Source of the DNA: Chrysemys picta bellii
Taxonomy: Eukaryota
Direction: 5' to 3'
Assembly (NCBI RefSeq): GCF_011386835.1
Contig: NC_088797.1
Location: 32,860,001 to 32,924,000, forward strand
Length of the DNA stretch: 64,000 nucleotides
The notes beneath the pieces were generated by a model. It worked only from the letters and a program-made list of their open reading frames with translations. It ran no database searches and was not told the origin of the DNA. Of the stretch, positions 20,660-33,439 are shown piece by piece (the stretch's first letter is position 1; each line of letters opens with the position of its first letter). Position numbers and translations under genes: made by a program.

Positions 20660-21115
20660 CCAGGCTGAGGGGTGTGCCAGGAGCTATGGGTCAGGCCAGG
20701 CTTGGTGGGAGTGTGTGCTAGGAAGTACAGGCGAAGCCAAGCCTGGGAGGGGTGTGTGCCAGGAGGTCTGGGTCAGGCCAGGCCTGGGGTGGGGGGTGTG
20801 CCAGGGGTTTTGAGACAGGCCAGGCTGGGAGGCGGGGGGTGCCAGGAGGTCTGGGTCAGGCCATGCGGTCTGGGTCAGACCAGGCTGGAAGGAGGTGTGT
20901 GCCAGGAGGTCTGGGTCAGGCAAGGCGTATGTGTGCGTGCGCCAGGAGGTCTGGATCAGGCCAGGCCTGGGGTGGGGGGTGTGCCAGGAGTTTTGAGTCA
21001 GGCCAGGCTGGGAGGGGATGTGTGCCAGGAAGTCTGGGTCAGGCCATGCGGTCTGGGTCAGAACAGGCTGGAAGGGGGTGTGTTCCAGGAGGTCTGGGTC
21101 AGGCCGGGCTGGGTG
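20660..21115. repeat. G-rich ~40-nt tandem repeat
   Basis: Recurring gtgtgccaggaggtctgggtcaggccaggc(c)tgggg. Confidence 0.85.
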
Positions 21116-21807
21116 TGTGTGCTAGCTATGCCTCCGGCCAGGCTGCTGCTTGGAGGGTTTCCAGTCCCCCCCCCCCCCAGTCATGATAATCCGGTTCCCT
21201 CTGCTAGTGAATAGAGTACACAAAGCCCTCCCTGCAGTAACCAACTGTATCCACCAGGAGGCGCGCTAAACCCGCTTTTGGACAAAGAGCTGAGGTTAGA
21301 ACCCAGGCCAGGAGTCCTGACTCTCAGGTGCCCCTTCTCCCGCTCTGACTCACTAGACCCCACTCCCCTCACAGAGCTGGGAATAGAACCCAGGAATCCT
21401 GCTGTAAGCAGTGGGGAAGGCTCCCTCCCAGGTGACACAAAGGGGACATGTGGCCCCCGCCCAGGCTGGAGTTTAGCTGCCCCCCCAGGCGTGGCTGGTG
21501 CTTCCTGGGATGGGAGGGTTCCCTGGCCAGCACCCCTCCCCATGGTCAGCGGAGGCTGTCTGGGCTAGGCACGGGGAGAAGGATATGAGCTCATGGGGTG
21601 TTGGCTGCTCTCTTCTGCCAGCTGCTTTGCAGTGAGCTCAGCACTGGGCTATGACAGGCCACGGCTCCGGGGATGGGAGTGGCGAGGGGTTTCATATGAT
21701 GGGAGGAAGGGGCTGGGGCTGGGGCTGCAGCTGCTCAGAGGCTAATACACATGGCTTCCTCCTTTGGACTCCAGCCATGCTAGGGAGTGGGGCCTAGTGG
21801 GATAGAG

Positions 21808-22213
21808 CTGTGGCTCTCAACCTTTCCAGACGACTGTACCCCTTTTGGGAGTCTGATTTCTCTTGCGTACCCCAAGTTTCACCTGACTTAAAAACTACTT
21901 GCTTACAAACCCAGACGAAATACAAAAGTGTCCCAGCACGCTGTTACTGAGAAATTGCTCACTCTCATTTGTACCATATCATTCTAAAATAAATCCATTG
22001 GAATATAAATATTGTACTAACCTTTCAGTGTGTAGTATATAGAGCAGTATAAACAAGTCATTGTCTGTATGAAATGTTAGTTTGCACTGACTTCACTAGT
22101 GCTTTTTGTGTAGCCTGTTGTAAAACTAGGCAAAGATCTAGCTGAGCTGATGTACTCCCTAGAAGACCTCTGTGTACCCCAGGGGTATACATACCCCTGG
22201 TTGAGAATCACTG
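21808..22213. mobile_element. hAT MITE
   Basis: TIR CTGTGGCTCTCAACC / GGTTGAGAATCACTG; imperfect TSD GGATAGAG/GATTAGAG. Confidence 0.75.
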
Positions 22214-22612
22214 GATTAGAGCAGGTAGTCAGGACTCTTGGGTTCTATTGCCAGCTCTGGAAGAGGAGTGTGGTCTAATGGTTAGGGCCGGGGGGCTGAG
22301 AGTCAGAGCTCCTGGGTTCTGTCCTCAGCTCTGGTGGAGGAGTGTAGTCTAATAGTTTGGGGAGGGGGGAAGACTGTGAGTTAGAAACTAGGATTGCCAA
22401 CTCTCCAGGAATTAAAGATTATGTCATGTGATGAAACCTCCAGGAATACGTCCAATCAAAATTGGCAACTCTAGTCAGGACTCCAGGGTTCTCTTGCTAG
22501 GCTCATGTGAGTATGACCACGAGACGAACTGGGGGTGAGTAAAGATATTTGTGTAAGTGTTTGCAGGACCAGGGCAGATTTGATTTAGCAGAACATATGG
22601 TAGTATCTAGAG

Positions 22613-22922
22613 CAGGGGTAGGCAACCTATGGCCGTGTTCCAAAGGCGGCACGCGAGCTGATTTTCAGTGGCACTCACACTGCCCAGGTCCTGGCCACCG
22701 GTCCAGGGGGCTCTGCATTTTAATTTAATTTTAAATGAAGCTTCTTAAACATTTTAAAAACCTTATTTGCTTTACATACAACAATAGTTTAGTTATATAT
22801 TACAGACTCATAGAACGAGACCTTCTAAAAACGTTAAAATGTATTACTGGCACACGAAACCTTAAATCAGAGTGAATAAATGAAGACTCGGCCCACCACT
22901 TCTGAAAGGTTGATGACCCCTG
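22613..22922. mobile_element. hAT MITE
   Basis: TIR CAGGGGTAGGCAACCT / AGGTTGATGACCCCTG; perfect TSD ATCTAGAG. A related inverted copy is at 48281-49409. Confidence 0.88.
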
Positions 22923-25900
22923 ATCTAGAGGCCCTGACCAAGATTGGGGCCCCAATTGTGCCAGCACTGTCCAGAAACACAATCTCTGCCATGAAGAGCT
23001 CACAGTCTAAGCAGACAAAGGCAGGATTATTCCACCCCATTTTACCTCTGGGGAAATGGAGGCACAGTGTCTGACCCAAGGTCACACAGGTAGTTTTTGA
23101 CAGAGGTGAGACTAGAACCCAGCTTGTTTAACTCCCCGTCAAACACTATAACCACAAGGTCATCCTTTAATAGCCTGGGCATAGGGCTACTGTCCTCTGC
23201 CGGTGCTGACCATGGGATGAAAGCTGTCCTGAGAGATCATCCGGAGCCAGGATTTTATGGAGGAAGCAGCCATTCTGCTGGGCAAACTTCCCAGCCTTGT
23301 TTACAAGGTGTAACCAGCCAGATGGGCTATTTCAACAGCTGGGGAGAGGGGGCAGTAGAAGCAGGAGCAGAGCCAGTGAAACAGCTGAGAAGAGATGGGT
23401 GCTGCAATGGAGAAGGCTCTTGCACCTTGCTCTGTGCTAATACCCCCCTCAGACCCCTCTGCATGCACTGTAGTGTCCCTCTGCTCGCATATCAATGCTC
23501 TCCACTTTCTCCATCTGCTGCGGCGCAAGAGCCCCCTTCTCTGGAGCTACAGCACTCCATGCTGGGGGAGGAGGGCATGCAAGAGCTTCTTTCTTTGCAG
23601 CCCCCACCCTCTTTCTCTGGGATCTGGATTATTTAACTCCGAGAGGAGCTGTGAGTTTGGGGCTCTGCCAGCATCACGTTGAGGGTTAGGGCTGGGTCCC
23701 CCCCGTTCCCAGAGAGGAAGCATATTAGCATGTTACATGATCAGGGGAACATTTGCTGTTCGGGCAGGGAAGTTTCCTGGTTTTCAGAGCTTGTTAGGGA
23801 GTCTAGATTCCTGAGTTCTGCCCTCAGCTCTGGGAGGGGGAAGCGTCAGGACTCCTGAGTTCTAGTCCCAGGTCGGGAAGAACACTGCTCACCCCCTACT
23901 GAGTGCATATGGCCTACAGCAGCCTAGCTTCTGAGCAGATGTTGTAGGGGTCGGGACTCTGCCTAAGACCCTATTGTCTGAATCTCACTCCATTGCCATT
24001 TTCTAATTAGATGGAGTCTTCCGTCTCCCCTGAGCTGGTACTTTCCCCCACAGGTGGGGACGTTAACCCCAAAGTCGAAGCCAAATCCTAACACAGTTCC
24101 ATGCTGCCTCCCTTCAGTTGGGCACAGGGTCATCCTTCACTTCCCGTCTCAAACTGATGCTGCATGCAGCAGCCCCCTGTCCCCCACCCCACAGGCTGCT
24201 GCATCTCAGCATTAGGTGAGGGGCCCCTGTGTAAACAGCCCCCACATCCCACCCCAAAGGTGGCTGCATCCTCTCACTGGGTGAGGGAATCCCTGTATAG
24301 CCACAGTGCCCCACCCCCACGGCTGGGATCCCTTTATAAACAATGCCCCATGCCAGAGGTGGGTGTATCTCAGCCTCCAACAAAGTTCAGCTGGATCCTT
24401 CAGGGGGCGGGAGAGGGGAATGACAGGGCATGAGAACTGCAAAAGCCTTTTGCAATCCCTGAGGAGTCGGCGAGAAGCACAAACAGGGAGTGGTCAAGCC
24501 TGAATTCTTTGGCTGGTTGGAATGTGAGCCAGGAGGGTGCATGGCTGGGCAGGGTTTGAGGAATCAATGCCATGATCCTCTCCCTGCGAGTCCTTGCTTT
24601 TTATTGCCTGCGTCTCCCCTCCTTCCCCAGCTCTGCCATGAGCTACAGTTTTCCTTTGCTTGGGAGCCCAGACAGCAAACTTTTAAGAGCGGAAAAAATG
24701 AGGCGCTGGCCCCTTAAGGGGAATCCGCAGCCTCTCTCCTCCTGTTCTCCCTTATTTGGGAGGACAACTGGCCTGATTTTGTTCTGGTTTCTTGGCTTGG
24801 GTTCTCAGAGGCATTTTTAGCCATCGGTATTTAATCCCCAAGCAGCCCAATGGCATCCCCCATTCCCACAGCCGGCTGGACAAAGGCTGGTGCAATGAGA
24901 GCACTTTGGAGTAGGGCATGGCAAAGAGCATTGCTTGCAAAGCTAGCCCTTTAATGCGGTTAGAGACATGGATAAGGCTGGGCTGGATCAAACCCATGGG
25001 CCCACCCCCCCTCCCCAGTAGCCTGTCTCCAACATTAGCCACATCAGATGCTTTGAGGGAAGGTGCAAGAAAACTCTCTAATGCACAAGCATGGAGCAGC
25101 TGGCCCCATGGGCCAACAGTCAGGTCAATTCTCTTTCCATTCCAAGGGACAGTAATAAATGTAACCCCAGGGTGGGCAGTGGAGTGGGGAGCCCCAGCAC
25201 AGGATTGTTCTATATATCCTCACGCCTCCCGAGAAGGGCAGTGTGGTCTAGTGGGTAGGGCTGAGGTTTGGGACACCTGGTTTCTATTCCTGGCTCTGCT
25301 GTGCGACCTTGAGCAACATTCCTTTTCCTTTTTGTATCCCCTCCTGCTGGTATTGTAAACTCTTCGGGGCAGGGACGGTCTCTCCCTCTGTTTGTGTGTG
25401 CAGTGCCTGGCACAGTGGGGGCCCCGATCTCCGCCAGGGTCTGTGCCGTGCCTGGCACAGTGGGGGCCCTGATCTCCGTCAGGGTCTGTGCAGCACCTGG
25501 CCTGACACTACTCCAGTCTCAACTGAGACTTCTAGTTACTACTGTGATAGAAACAATACTATAATAATGTAATTATCATGGACCAGCTTTCTAGCACCAG
25601 GACAGGGCATTTCCAAGAGGCTTGATCATCTTAGGTCCACATCATCAAGCACGCAAGAGTTACAGATCGTTGCATAATAACAGTCTGCTCCCGTGCCCCA
25701 AGTCTGATTTCACCCCTTCTGTGAGTATGAGGTCTGGTCTCCATTTCAGGTAAGGCAGAGTCCCTCCTGGCTTCTCTTCTCTCCAGCCTGTTGTGATTCC
25801 TGGCAGCCATTGACAGTGCTAGGCATAAGCAGACTAAGCAATTGCTTAGGGCCCCAAGCAGCTCAAAGAAACCCCCTATTCATATTTTTAGTACATGTTG

Positions 25901-26498
25901 GAGAGGCGGGAGGAATATTCCTGCTTAGGGCCCCTAGCGCTGCCTCTGCTGGCAGTGGATGGCCCTTTGAGGATATCCCTGCTTAAATATAGGCTCTGAC
26001 CCTGTGCCCAAAGTGGGAAATTCCAATCCCCAGCCATGCCTTTTTTGACCTACACAGTTAGCCAAAATTCAGGTTGTTTTGGTTAGGTGGAGAAACTGAT
26101 GTGGAGTTAGATTGTCTTTGATGCAATCTTGTTTATTTATAAAGAATGTACAAAGTCCTGTTCCCCTGAATCAAACAGCAGGGGGCAGTTTCTTTGCTCA
26201 TAGTTCCAAGCCTTTTTCCAGCCAGTCCTCAGCCCAAAATCTCTCTTCTCTCTCTAGGCTTTTACTCAGAGCCAGGCTCCTAATGCGTGTTCTGTCTGTC
26301 TCCTGGCCTTTTCTGTCTGTTCTCTCGGCTTCTTCAAACAAACAAACTGGCACATGACACAGCTGCAATCAAATCAATTCCCCCACCACTGAATTTTGTA
26401 TCAGATCTTAATGGAACTCCAAAGTATTGTCTCCTGAGGTGGGGTCAGTTGAAAGTTATTCAGAGTTGATGGCCCTTGTTGGCTCTCTCATTGATAGG

Positions 26499-26903
26499 TA
26501 AGGTTAAGATTTTGTCATGGTTATTTTTAGTACAAGTCAGGGACAGGTCATGGGCAATAAACAAAAATTAATGGAAGTCCATGACCTGTCCCTGACTTGT
26601 ACTAAAAATAACTGTGACAAAATGGGGATGAGAGCCTGAGCCCTTTGGCGTGGGGGGAGGGCAGGGGGGGAGGTCCAACACCCACCACCACTGTGGCTGA
26701 CAGCTCTGGGGTCCCCCAACCTGCCCATGGCAGCTCAGAGCTCCGGGTCCCCCACCATCCATGGTGGCTGGGAACTGTGGGGGCTCCAGGGCCCCGCCGG
26801 CTCACAGCTCCATCCCTGCCACCCCGGGGCTGAAGCAGAATATGTCACAGAGGTCTCTGGAAGTCACGGAATCCATGACCTCTGTGATGTAATCTTAGCC
26901 TTA
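26499..26903. mobile_element. hAT-type MITE with an internal 40-bp inverted repeat
   Basis: TIR TAAGGTTAAGATT / AATCTTAGCCTTA; perfect TSD TTGATAGG. Confidence 0.85.
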
Positions 26904-28783
26904 TTGATAGGCCTCTTCAAGAGGCTCCATATCTCTCCATCTGGAATAGACTGGCCTTGTCAAGGTTTCTCTGGCTTTTCAACCCAGAACAACAAAATGG
27001 CTGATAGGATGTAAAATGGGAACCAGGCTATAAAAATGGAAGTCATTTCACAAAGCAGACTTCACAATGTGATCCCCCCTGTCAGTCAGGATGCCTGGGT
27101 TCAGTTCCTGGCTGTACCCCAGACACTTATTTTGGGCCAGGGTTTCAAGGGCTTGGGATTCCTCAGTCCTGATCTTTATGGAAAATCTGGCCAATTCTTT
27201 TGGTGCCTAAAGGAGAGCCCATAATTGCTCTGTGCCTCAGTTTTCCCACTCTGCAAAATGGGGATAATGGTACATCCCTGTTTCACAGGGAGGAGTGCAA
27301 GGAAAATACACTAACAATGGCAAGGTGGTTAGATGCTACAGTCACGAGGCCATATAAGTACATAAGAACGGCCATACCGGGTCAGACCAATGGTCCATCT
27401 AGCCCCGTATCCTGTCTGTGACAGTGGTCAGTACCAGATGCTTCAGAGGGAATGAACAGAACAGGGCAGTTACAGAGTGATCCATCCCCAGTCATTCAGT
27501 CCCAGCTTCTGGCAGTCAGAGACTTAGGGACATGGGGGTTGCATCCCTGACCTATCCTCCATGAGATTATCGAATACCCTTTTGAACCCAGTTATAGTTT
27601 TGATCTTCACAACCTTCCCAGCAACAAGTTCCTCAGTTGACTGTGCGTTGTGTGAAGAAATACTTCCCTTTGTTTGTTTTAAACCTGCTGCCTATTAATT
27701 TCATTGGGTGACCCCTGGTTTTTGTGTTATGGGAAGGGATAAATAACACTTCCTTATTCACTTTCTCCACATCATTCATGATTTTATTTATCTCTATCCT
27801 ATCCCCCCCTTAGTCGCCTCTTTTCCAAGCTGAACAGTCCCAGGCTTTTTAATTTCCCCTCATACAGAAGCTGCTCCATCCCCCTAATCATTTTTGTTGC
27901 CCTTTTCTGTACCTTTTCCAATTCTAATACAGCTTTTTTGGGATGGGGTGATCAGAACTGCACGCAGTATTTGAGGTGTGGGCATCCCATGGATTTATAT
28001 AGTGACATTATGATATTTTCTGCCTTATTACGGTTCCTAACATTCCATTAGCCTTTTTGACTGCTGCACATTGAACTATCCACAATAACTCCAAGATCTT
28101 TCTTGAGTGGTAACAGCTAATTTAGATCCCATCATTTTTTATGTATAGTTGGGATTATGTTTTCCAAAGTGAGTTACTTTGAATTTATCAACATTGAATT
28201 TCATCTGCCATTTTGTTGTCCAGTCACCCAGTTTTGTGAGATCCCTTTGTAGCTCTTCGGAGTCTGCCTGGGTCTTAACTCTCTTGAGTAGTTTTGTATC
28301 ATCTGCAAATTTTGTGACCTTACTGTTTACCCCTTTTCCAGATCATTTAAGAATATGTTGAACAGCACTGGTCCTAGTACAGATCCTTAGGCGACATAAC
28401 TATTTACCGCTCTCCGATCTGAAAATGGACCATTTATTCCCAACCTTTGTTTCCTATCTTTTAACCAGTTACTGATCTATGAGAGAACCTTCTCTCTTAT
28501 CCCATGACTGCTTACTTTGCTTAAGAGCCTTTGGTGAGGGATCTTGTTAGAAGCTTTCTGAATGTCCAAGTACACTATGTGCATTGGATCACCCTTGTTG
28601 ACATGTTGTTGACCCCTCAATGCATGCTAATAGATTGGTGAAGCACAATTTCCCTTTACAAAAGCCACATTGATTCTTCCCCAGCAAACAAATCATGTTC
28701 ATCTATGTGTCTGAAGTTAGGCTTACTGGCCTCTAATTGCTGGGATCACCTCTGGAGCCTTTTAAAAAAAATAAAAAATTGGT

Positions 28784-30848
28784 TGTGATGGGTTGGGTCA
28801 CAGAGACTCCCTTGGGACTGCCACCTGATGCGCTGAGACTACCTCTGAGCCCGTTTTCCCTGGCAACTTGGGACTTCAGTATCCTGTCTTGTTGAGCCAG
28901 ACACTCTAGCCTGCTGCAAACACAGACCCAGGTCTGAACCATGTCCCCCAAAAGCTGCAGACTTAATTGAAAACAACTTAAGAAATGCTCCTGTCTCCAG
29001 CACCCAGACACCCAGTTCCCAATGGGATTCAAACCCCAAATAAATCCATTTTACTCTGTATAAAGCTTATACTGGGTAAACTCATGAATTGTTCACCCTC
29101 TATAACACTGATAGAGAGATATGCACAGCTGTTTGCTCCCCCAGATATTAATTACTTGCTCTGGTTAATTAATAAGTAAAAAGTGATTTTATTAAGTATA
29201 AAAAGTAGGATTTAAGTGGTTCCAAGTAATAACAGACAGAACAAAAAGTAAATTACAAAGCAAAATAAAACAAAAACACGCAAGTCTAAGCCTAATACAG
29301 TAGGAAACTGAATACAGATGAAATCTCACCCTCAGAGATGTTCCAATAAGCTTCTTTCACAGACTAGACTCCTTTCTAGCCTGGGCCCAATCCTTTCCCC
29401 TGGTACAGTCCTTGTTCCAGCTCAGGTGATAGCGAGGGGATTTTTCATGCCTGCAGCCCCCTTTGTTCTGTTCCACCCCCTTGTATAGCTTTGGCACAAG
29501 GCGGGAATCTTTTGTCTCTCTGGGTCCCCACCCCTCCTTCTAAATAGAAAACCACCAGGTTTAAGATGGATTCCAGTACCAGGTGACATGGTCTCATGTC
29601 CTGTGAGACTCCAAGCCTTCATTCTTCCCAGCCTGACTCACAGGAAGGCTTGCAAGTAAACAGAGCCATCTACAGACCATTGTCCTGGTTAATGGGAGCC
29701 ATCAAGATTCCAAACCACCATTAAGGGCCCACACTTTGCATAATTACAATAGGACCTCAGAGTTATATTTCATATTTCTAGTTTCAGATACAAGAATGGT
29801 ACATCCATACAAATAGGATGAACATACTCAGTAGATTATAAGCTTTGTAATGATATCTTCTTACAAGAGACTTTTGCATGAAGCATATTCCAGTTACATT
29901 ATATTCCACACTCATTAGCATATTTTCATACAATCATATGGAGTGCAACGTCACACCCTCCTCCTGAACTTCCTGCCAGAGACTTGGACACTGTCCATGG
30001 CGGAGGCAGTATATCTAAAATTCCTCTTTGGGCTCCCCTCTGGGGCAGACACTCCTGTGTCCCCCAAAAGGGAAGGTGACCCTGATCTAGCTGTGGGCTC
30101 ACAGCTACCAGCTATGACAGACCCTTCTGTAGCCAGCAAAATCTCCCCCCCCCCACTTCACTCAGGTTGGGCTTGTTTTCAAGTACAGAGTCCTTGGGGT
30201 CTGTTCCCACCCAGGGCCACCTGGTGGGGGGGGGGGGCAAGTGGGGCAATTTGCCCCAGGCCCTGGGCCCTACAGGGGCCCCCATGAGAATATAGTATTC
30301 TATAATATTGCAACTTTTTTTATGGAAGGGGCCCCAAAATTGCTTTGCCCCAGGCCCCCTGAATCCTCTGGGCAGCCCTGTTCCCACCACAGCAGTCACC
30401 AGGACCCCAACTTACAGCTCCAGTATACATGTCTCTGTGCACCTCTTCCACTTCATTACAGCCAGTTCATGCTTCTGGGTCTCAATTTGTGCTTGTCTCT
30501 GGGCCTCAATTGCTTTGTCTTTTAAGTCCAGGGTTTGCTGGTGGGCAGCCTTTTCTTTTTCCAGGGCAGCCTTTTCCCGGGCAAATTGCGCATCAATTTC
30601 CATTTGTCTTCCCTTGAGACCATCACTCAATGAGCTGGGATACCATAGAGAAACCCTTCCTGCCAGAACAGGCGCCCCTCCACTCCTGTCTTGCTGAGTT
30701 AGACACTCTAGTCAGCTTCAGCAGAGACCCAGAGGTTGGGCCACACCCCTCTGCAGTTCACTGAAACTAAGATGCACTCAGCTCAGGGGTTTCTTAGTCA
30801 ACAGAGACTTTCCCAGTGCTCAGCACTCATATGGAGTGCAACGTCACA
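28784..30848 (-). mobile_element. Internally deleted LTR retroelement: 21-nt stub of 5' LTR, gag fragment, PPT, full 3' LTR (28784-29955)
   Basis: TSD TTGGT (28779-83, 30849-53). CATATGGAGTGCAACGTCACA is duplicated at 29935-55 and 30828-48. A purine tract abuts the LTR. Gag-like coiled-coil ORF at 30412-30630. Confidence 0.8.
30212..30380. mobile_element. hAT MITE nested in the LTR element
   Basis: TIR CAGGGC...GCCCTG; perfect TSD TTCCCACC. Confidence 0.85.
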
Positions 30849-33101
30849 TTGGTGTCACGTTAGCTATCCTCCAGTCTCCTGGTTTAAGTGATAGTTTACA
30901 GATTAATATTTGAGTTCCTTCAGAACTCTTGGGTGAATACCATCTGGTCCTCGTGACTTATTACTGTTTAATTTATCAATTTGTTCCAAAACCTCCTCTA
31001 CTGATACCTCAATCTGGAACAGTTCATCAGATTTGTCATCTAAAAAGAATGGCTTAGGTGTGGGAATCTCCCTCACATCCTCTACAATGAAGACTGATGC
31101 AAAGAATTCATTTAGCTTCTCCACAACAGCCTTGTCTTCTTTGAGTGCTCCTTTAGTGCTTTGATCATCCAGTGGCCCCACTGATTGTTTGGCAGGCGTC
31201 CTGCTTCTGATGTACTTAAAAAATATATATATATTTGCTGTTAGTTTTTGAGTCTTTTACTAGTTGCTCTTCAAATTCTTTTTTAGCCTGCTTAATTATA
31301 CTTTTACACTTGACTTGCCAGAGTTTATGCTTCTTTCTATTTTTTTCAGTAGGCCTTAACTTCCAGTTTTTAAGGATGCCTTTTTGCCTGTAACTGCTTT
31401 GTTGTTTAGCCATGGTGGCACTTTTTTGTCCCTCTTTCTATGCTTTTTAATTTGGGATTATACATTTGAGCCTCCTTTAAGGTGTTTTTTAAAAGTTTTC
31501 ATGCAGTTTGCAGGCATTTCACTTTTGTGACTGTAACTTTTAATTTCTGTTTAACTGGCTTCCTTATTTTTGTGTAGTTGCCCTTTATGAAGTTAAATGC
31601 TAGTGTGAAGTAACTATGTAGACGGTCCCCAGAAGATGAACTAAAGGCTTGATCCAACACACGTTGACTGATGATTCCCAGCGACTTGATGGGACTCTTT
31701 TCACTGGCTTCAATGGACATTGGATCACATCCTAAGTGAACTGCTTCCCCTTTGGAACAAGCAGTTTGCCAACACTTGGGGCCTTGCCAGGCTGTTTCTG
31801 AGAATAGGAGGAAGAAGAGGATGTGAGGTGGCTATGTTCTCTGATGCAATCTTATTTATTTGCAAAGAATATCCACACTGTCCTGTGTCCCTGAGCACAG
31901 CAGGAACAAACAACCAGCAGTGTTCGTGCTCACAGTTTCAAAGTCTGCCTCTCCAGTCAGTCCTAGAAGATCTGTCTCTTTGCTGCCTCCCAAGGCCACG
32001 CTCACCTCTGTTCCTCTTGCTGTCTGCTGGCTCTCTGCCTCTCTCACATGGTCACAGACTCAGCTTGCCAAGCAATCCCCCAGCCCCTGCATTTGCAATC
32101 AGTCCCAGGGAAACTCCGCAGCCAACGTGGCTTAGCCATGCTCATGCTTTTCCATGCAGCTGTTTGCCTTGGGTGGTTTCTGTTGTCTCCAGCTCTCCTG
32201 CTCTATGGGACTTAATTGCTCCTTGTGTTTTTCCCGAAAGAAGGGTGGTTCACACGGCCAGTGGCTTTAATCAGGCTGCCATTGATACCTGCCAGCATGA
32301 GTAGAATTGTCCGGGAGGAGGATCTGAAAGGAGCTGGGTGATGGGGCATAGCAGCAAGCCTTTACCTAACAGTGACTCATTCCAGAACTTTGCTGACTTC
32401 ATCTGTGATGCAAGAGCCCATTGACAAAGCAAGGTTCCAGATTGGCTGTTAATGACGCAGAGGAAGGTGAAAGGAGCGGGCAAAGGGGCGGAAATGGACG
32501 AGGGCAGCTCGGGTGAGGGTTGGGCGATCTCTCTTTGTGTATATATATATATTTGGGGAGCTATAGACAGAGGTAGTGATAAAGGGGAAAATGTGTTTGT
32601 CCAGCAATGAGATTCTCCAGGAGGAGAAATGGCAGTGACTGGGGGGAGGGCATGATTCATTCCCAGACAGGAAACTCCTCAAACACTAGAATAGAAATAT
32701 GAGCATGATCCTCCCTCAATCTCCTCAAATCTTTCTTTCCACCCATTTTCTCTTCCCTGTTTCCTAGAAACATCAGAACAGATCACTCCAGGATTGCTCC
32801 CTTCCCCACCACACTGAATCAAACCAATGGGCCCATCTAGCGTGATATCCCTCCTTCTTCCCACCTAAGATCACCCCACTGGGGGTAAGCTAGCCCAGTA
32901 TTCCCCCATCCCTTTTCCCAGCAGCCCCAGATCAAACCCATGGATCAATCTAGCCGGAAGACGGTGTCAGGGGATTTGATGGGATGATGTCAGCCGGTTT
33001 GGGGGATGATTTGGAGTGGCAGCATCCAGCAGGATAGAGTCAGAGGGCGACTGGGGGAATGGTGTCAAAAGATTGGGGGGACAGTGTCTGAGGATTTGGA
33101 G

Positions 33102-33429
33102 CAGGGCCAGCCTTAGGCTGATTTCCCGGAATCGGGCCCTGCGCCCGCACCTAAGAGGGCCCCGCGCCCTAAAGAAGAGCGCCTAACTTAGGCACCTTTT
33201 AATTTTTTTTTACTCACCCGGCGGCGGTCTGGGTCTTTGGTGGCACTTCGGCGGCAGGGGGTTCTTCACTCGCTCTGGGTCTTCGGCAGCATTTCGGTGG
33301 CAGGGGGTCCTTCAGTGCCACGGAAGACCCGGAGCAAGTGAAGGACCCCCTGCCGCCGAAGTGCCGCTGAAGACCTGGACTGCCGCTGGGTCTTCGAATC
33401 GGGCCCCGCAATTCCTAAAGCTGGCCCTG
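33102..33429. mobile_element. hAT MITE
   Basis: TIR CAGGGCCAGC / GCTGGCCCTG; perfect TSD ATTTGGAG. Confidence 0.88.
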
Positions 33430-33439
33430 ATTTGGAGGG

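Larger units (their letters stand above)
27352..31610 (-). mobile_element. 5'-truncated CR1 LINE (ORF2 remnant), split by an LTR element at 28784-30848
   Basis: 3' tail cataagaacggccatac. Minus-strand ORF2 peptides EKLNEFFASVF, KSRGPDGIHPRVLKEL and KQAKKEFEEQL. The sequence is continuous across the TTGGT duplication. Confidence 0.9.

Noticed and set aside
20672-21214. 180-aa and 144-aa ORFs
   Set aside because: Translations of a G-rich tandem repeat.
23097-23636. 179-aa ORF and nearby E-box/FOX motifs (23290-23390)
   Set aside because: No recognisable domain or splice context, and short motifs at this density are expected by chance.
24750-24759. Perfect CArG box CCTTATTTGG
   Set aside because: A few such 10-mers are expected by chance in 64 kb, with no independent support.
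26095-26360. Possible LTR-like repeats here and at ~31820-32255 (shared gatgcaatctt.tttattt.caaagaat)
   Set aside because: I could not define termini or TSDs, so they were not annotated.
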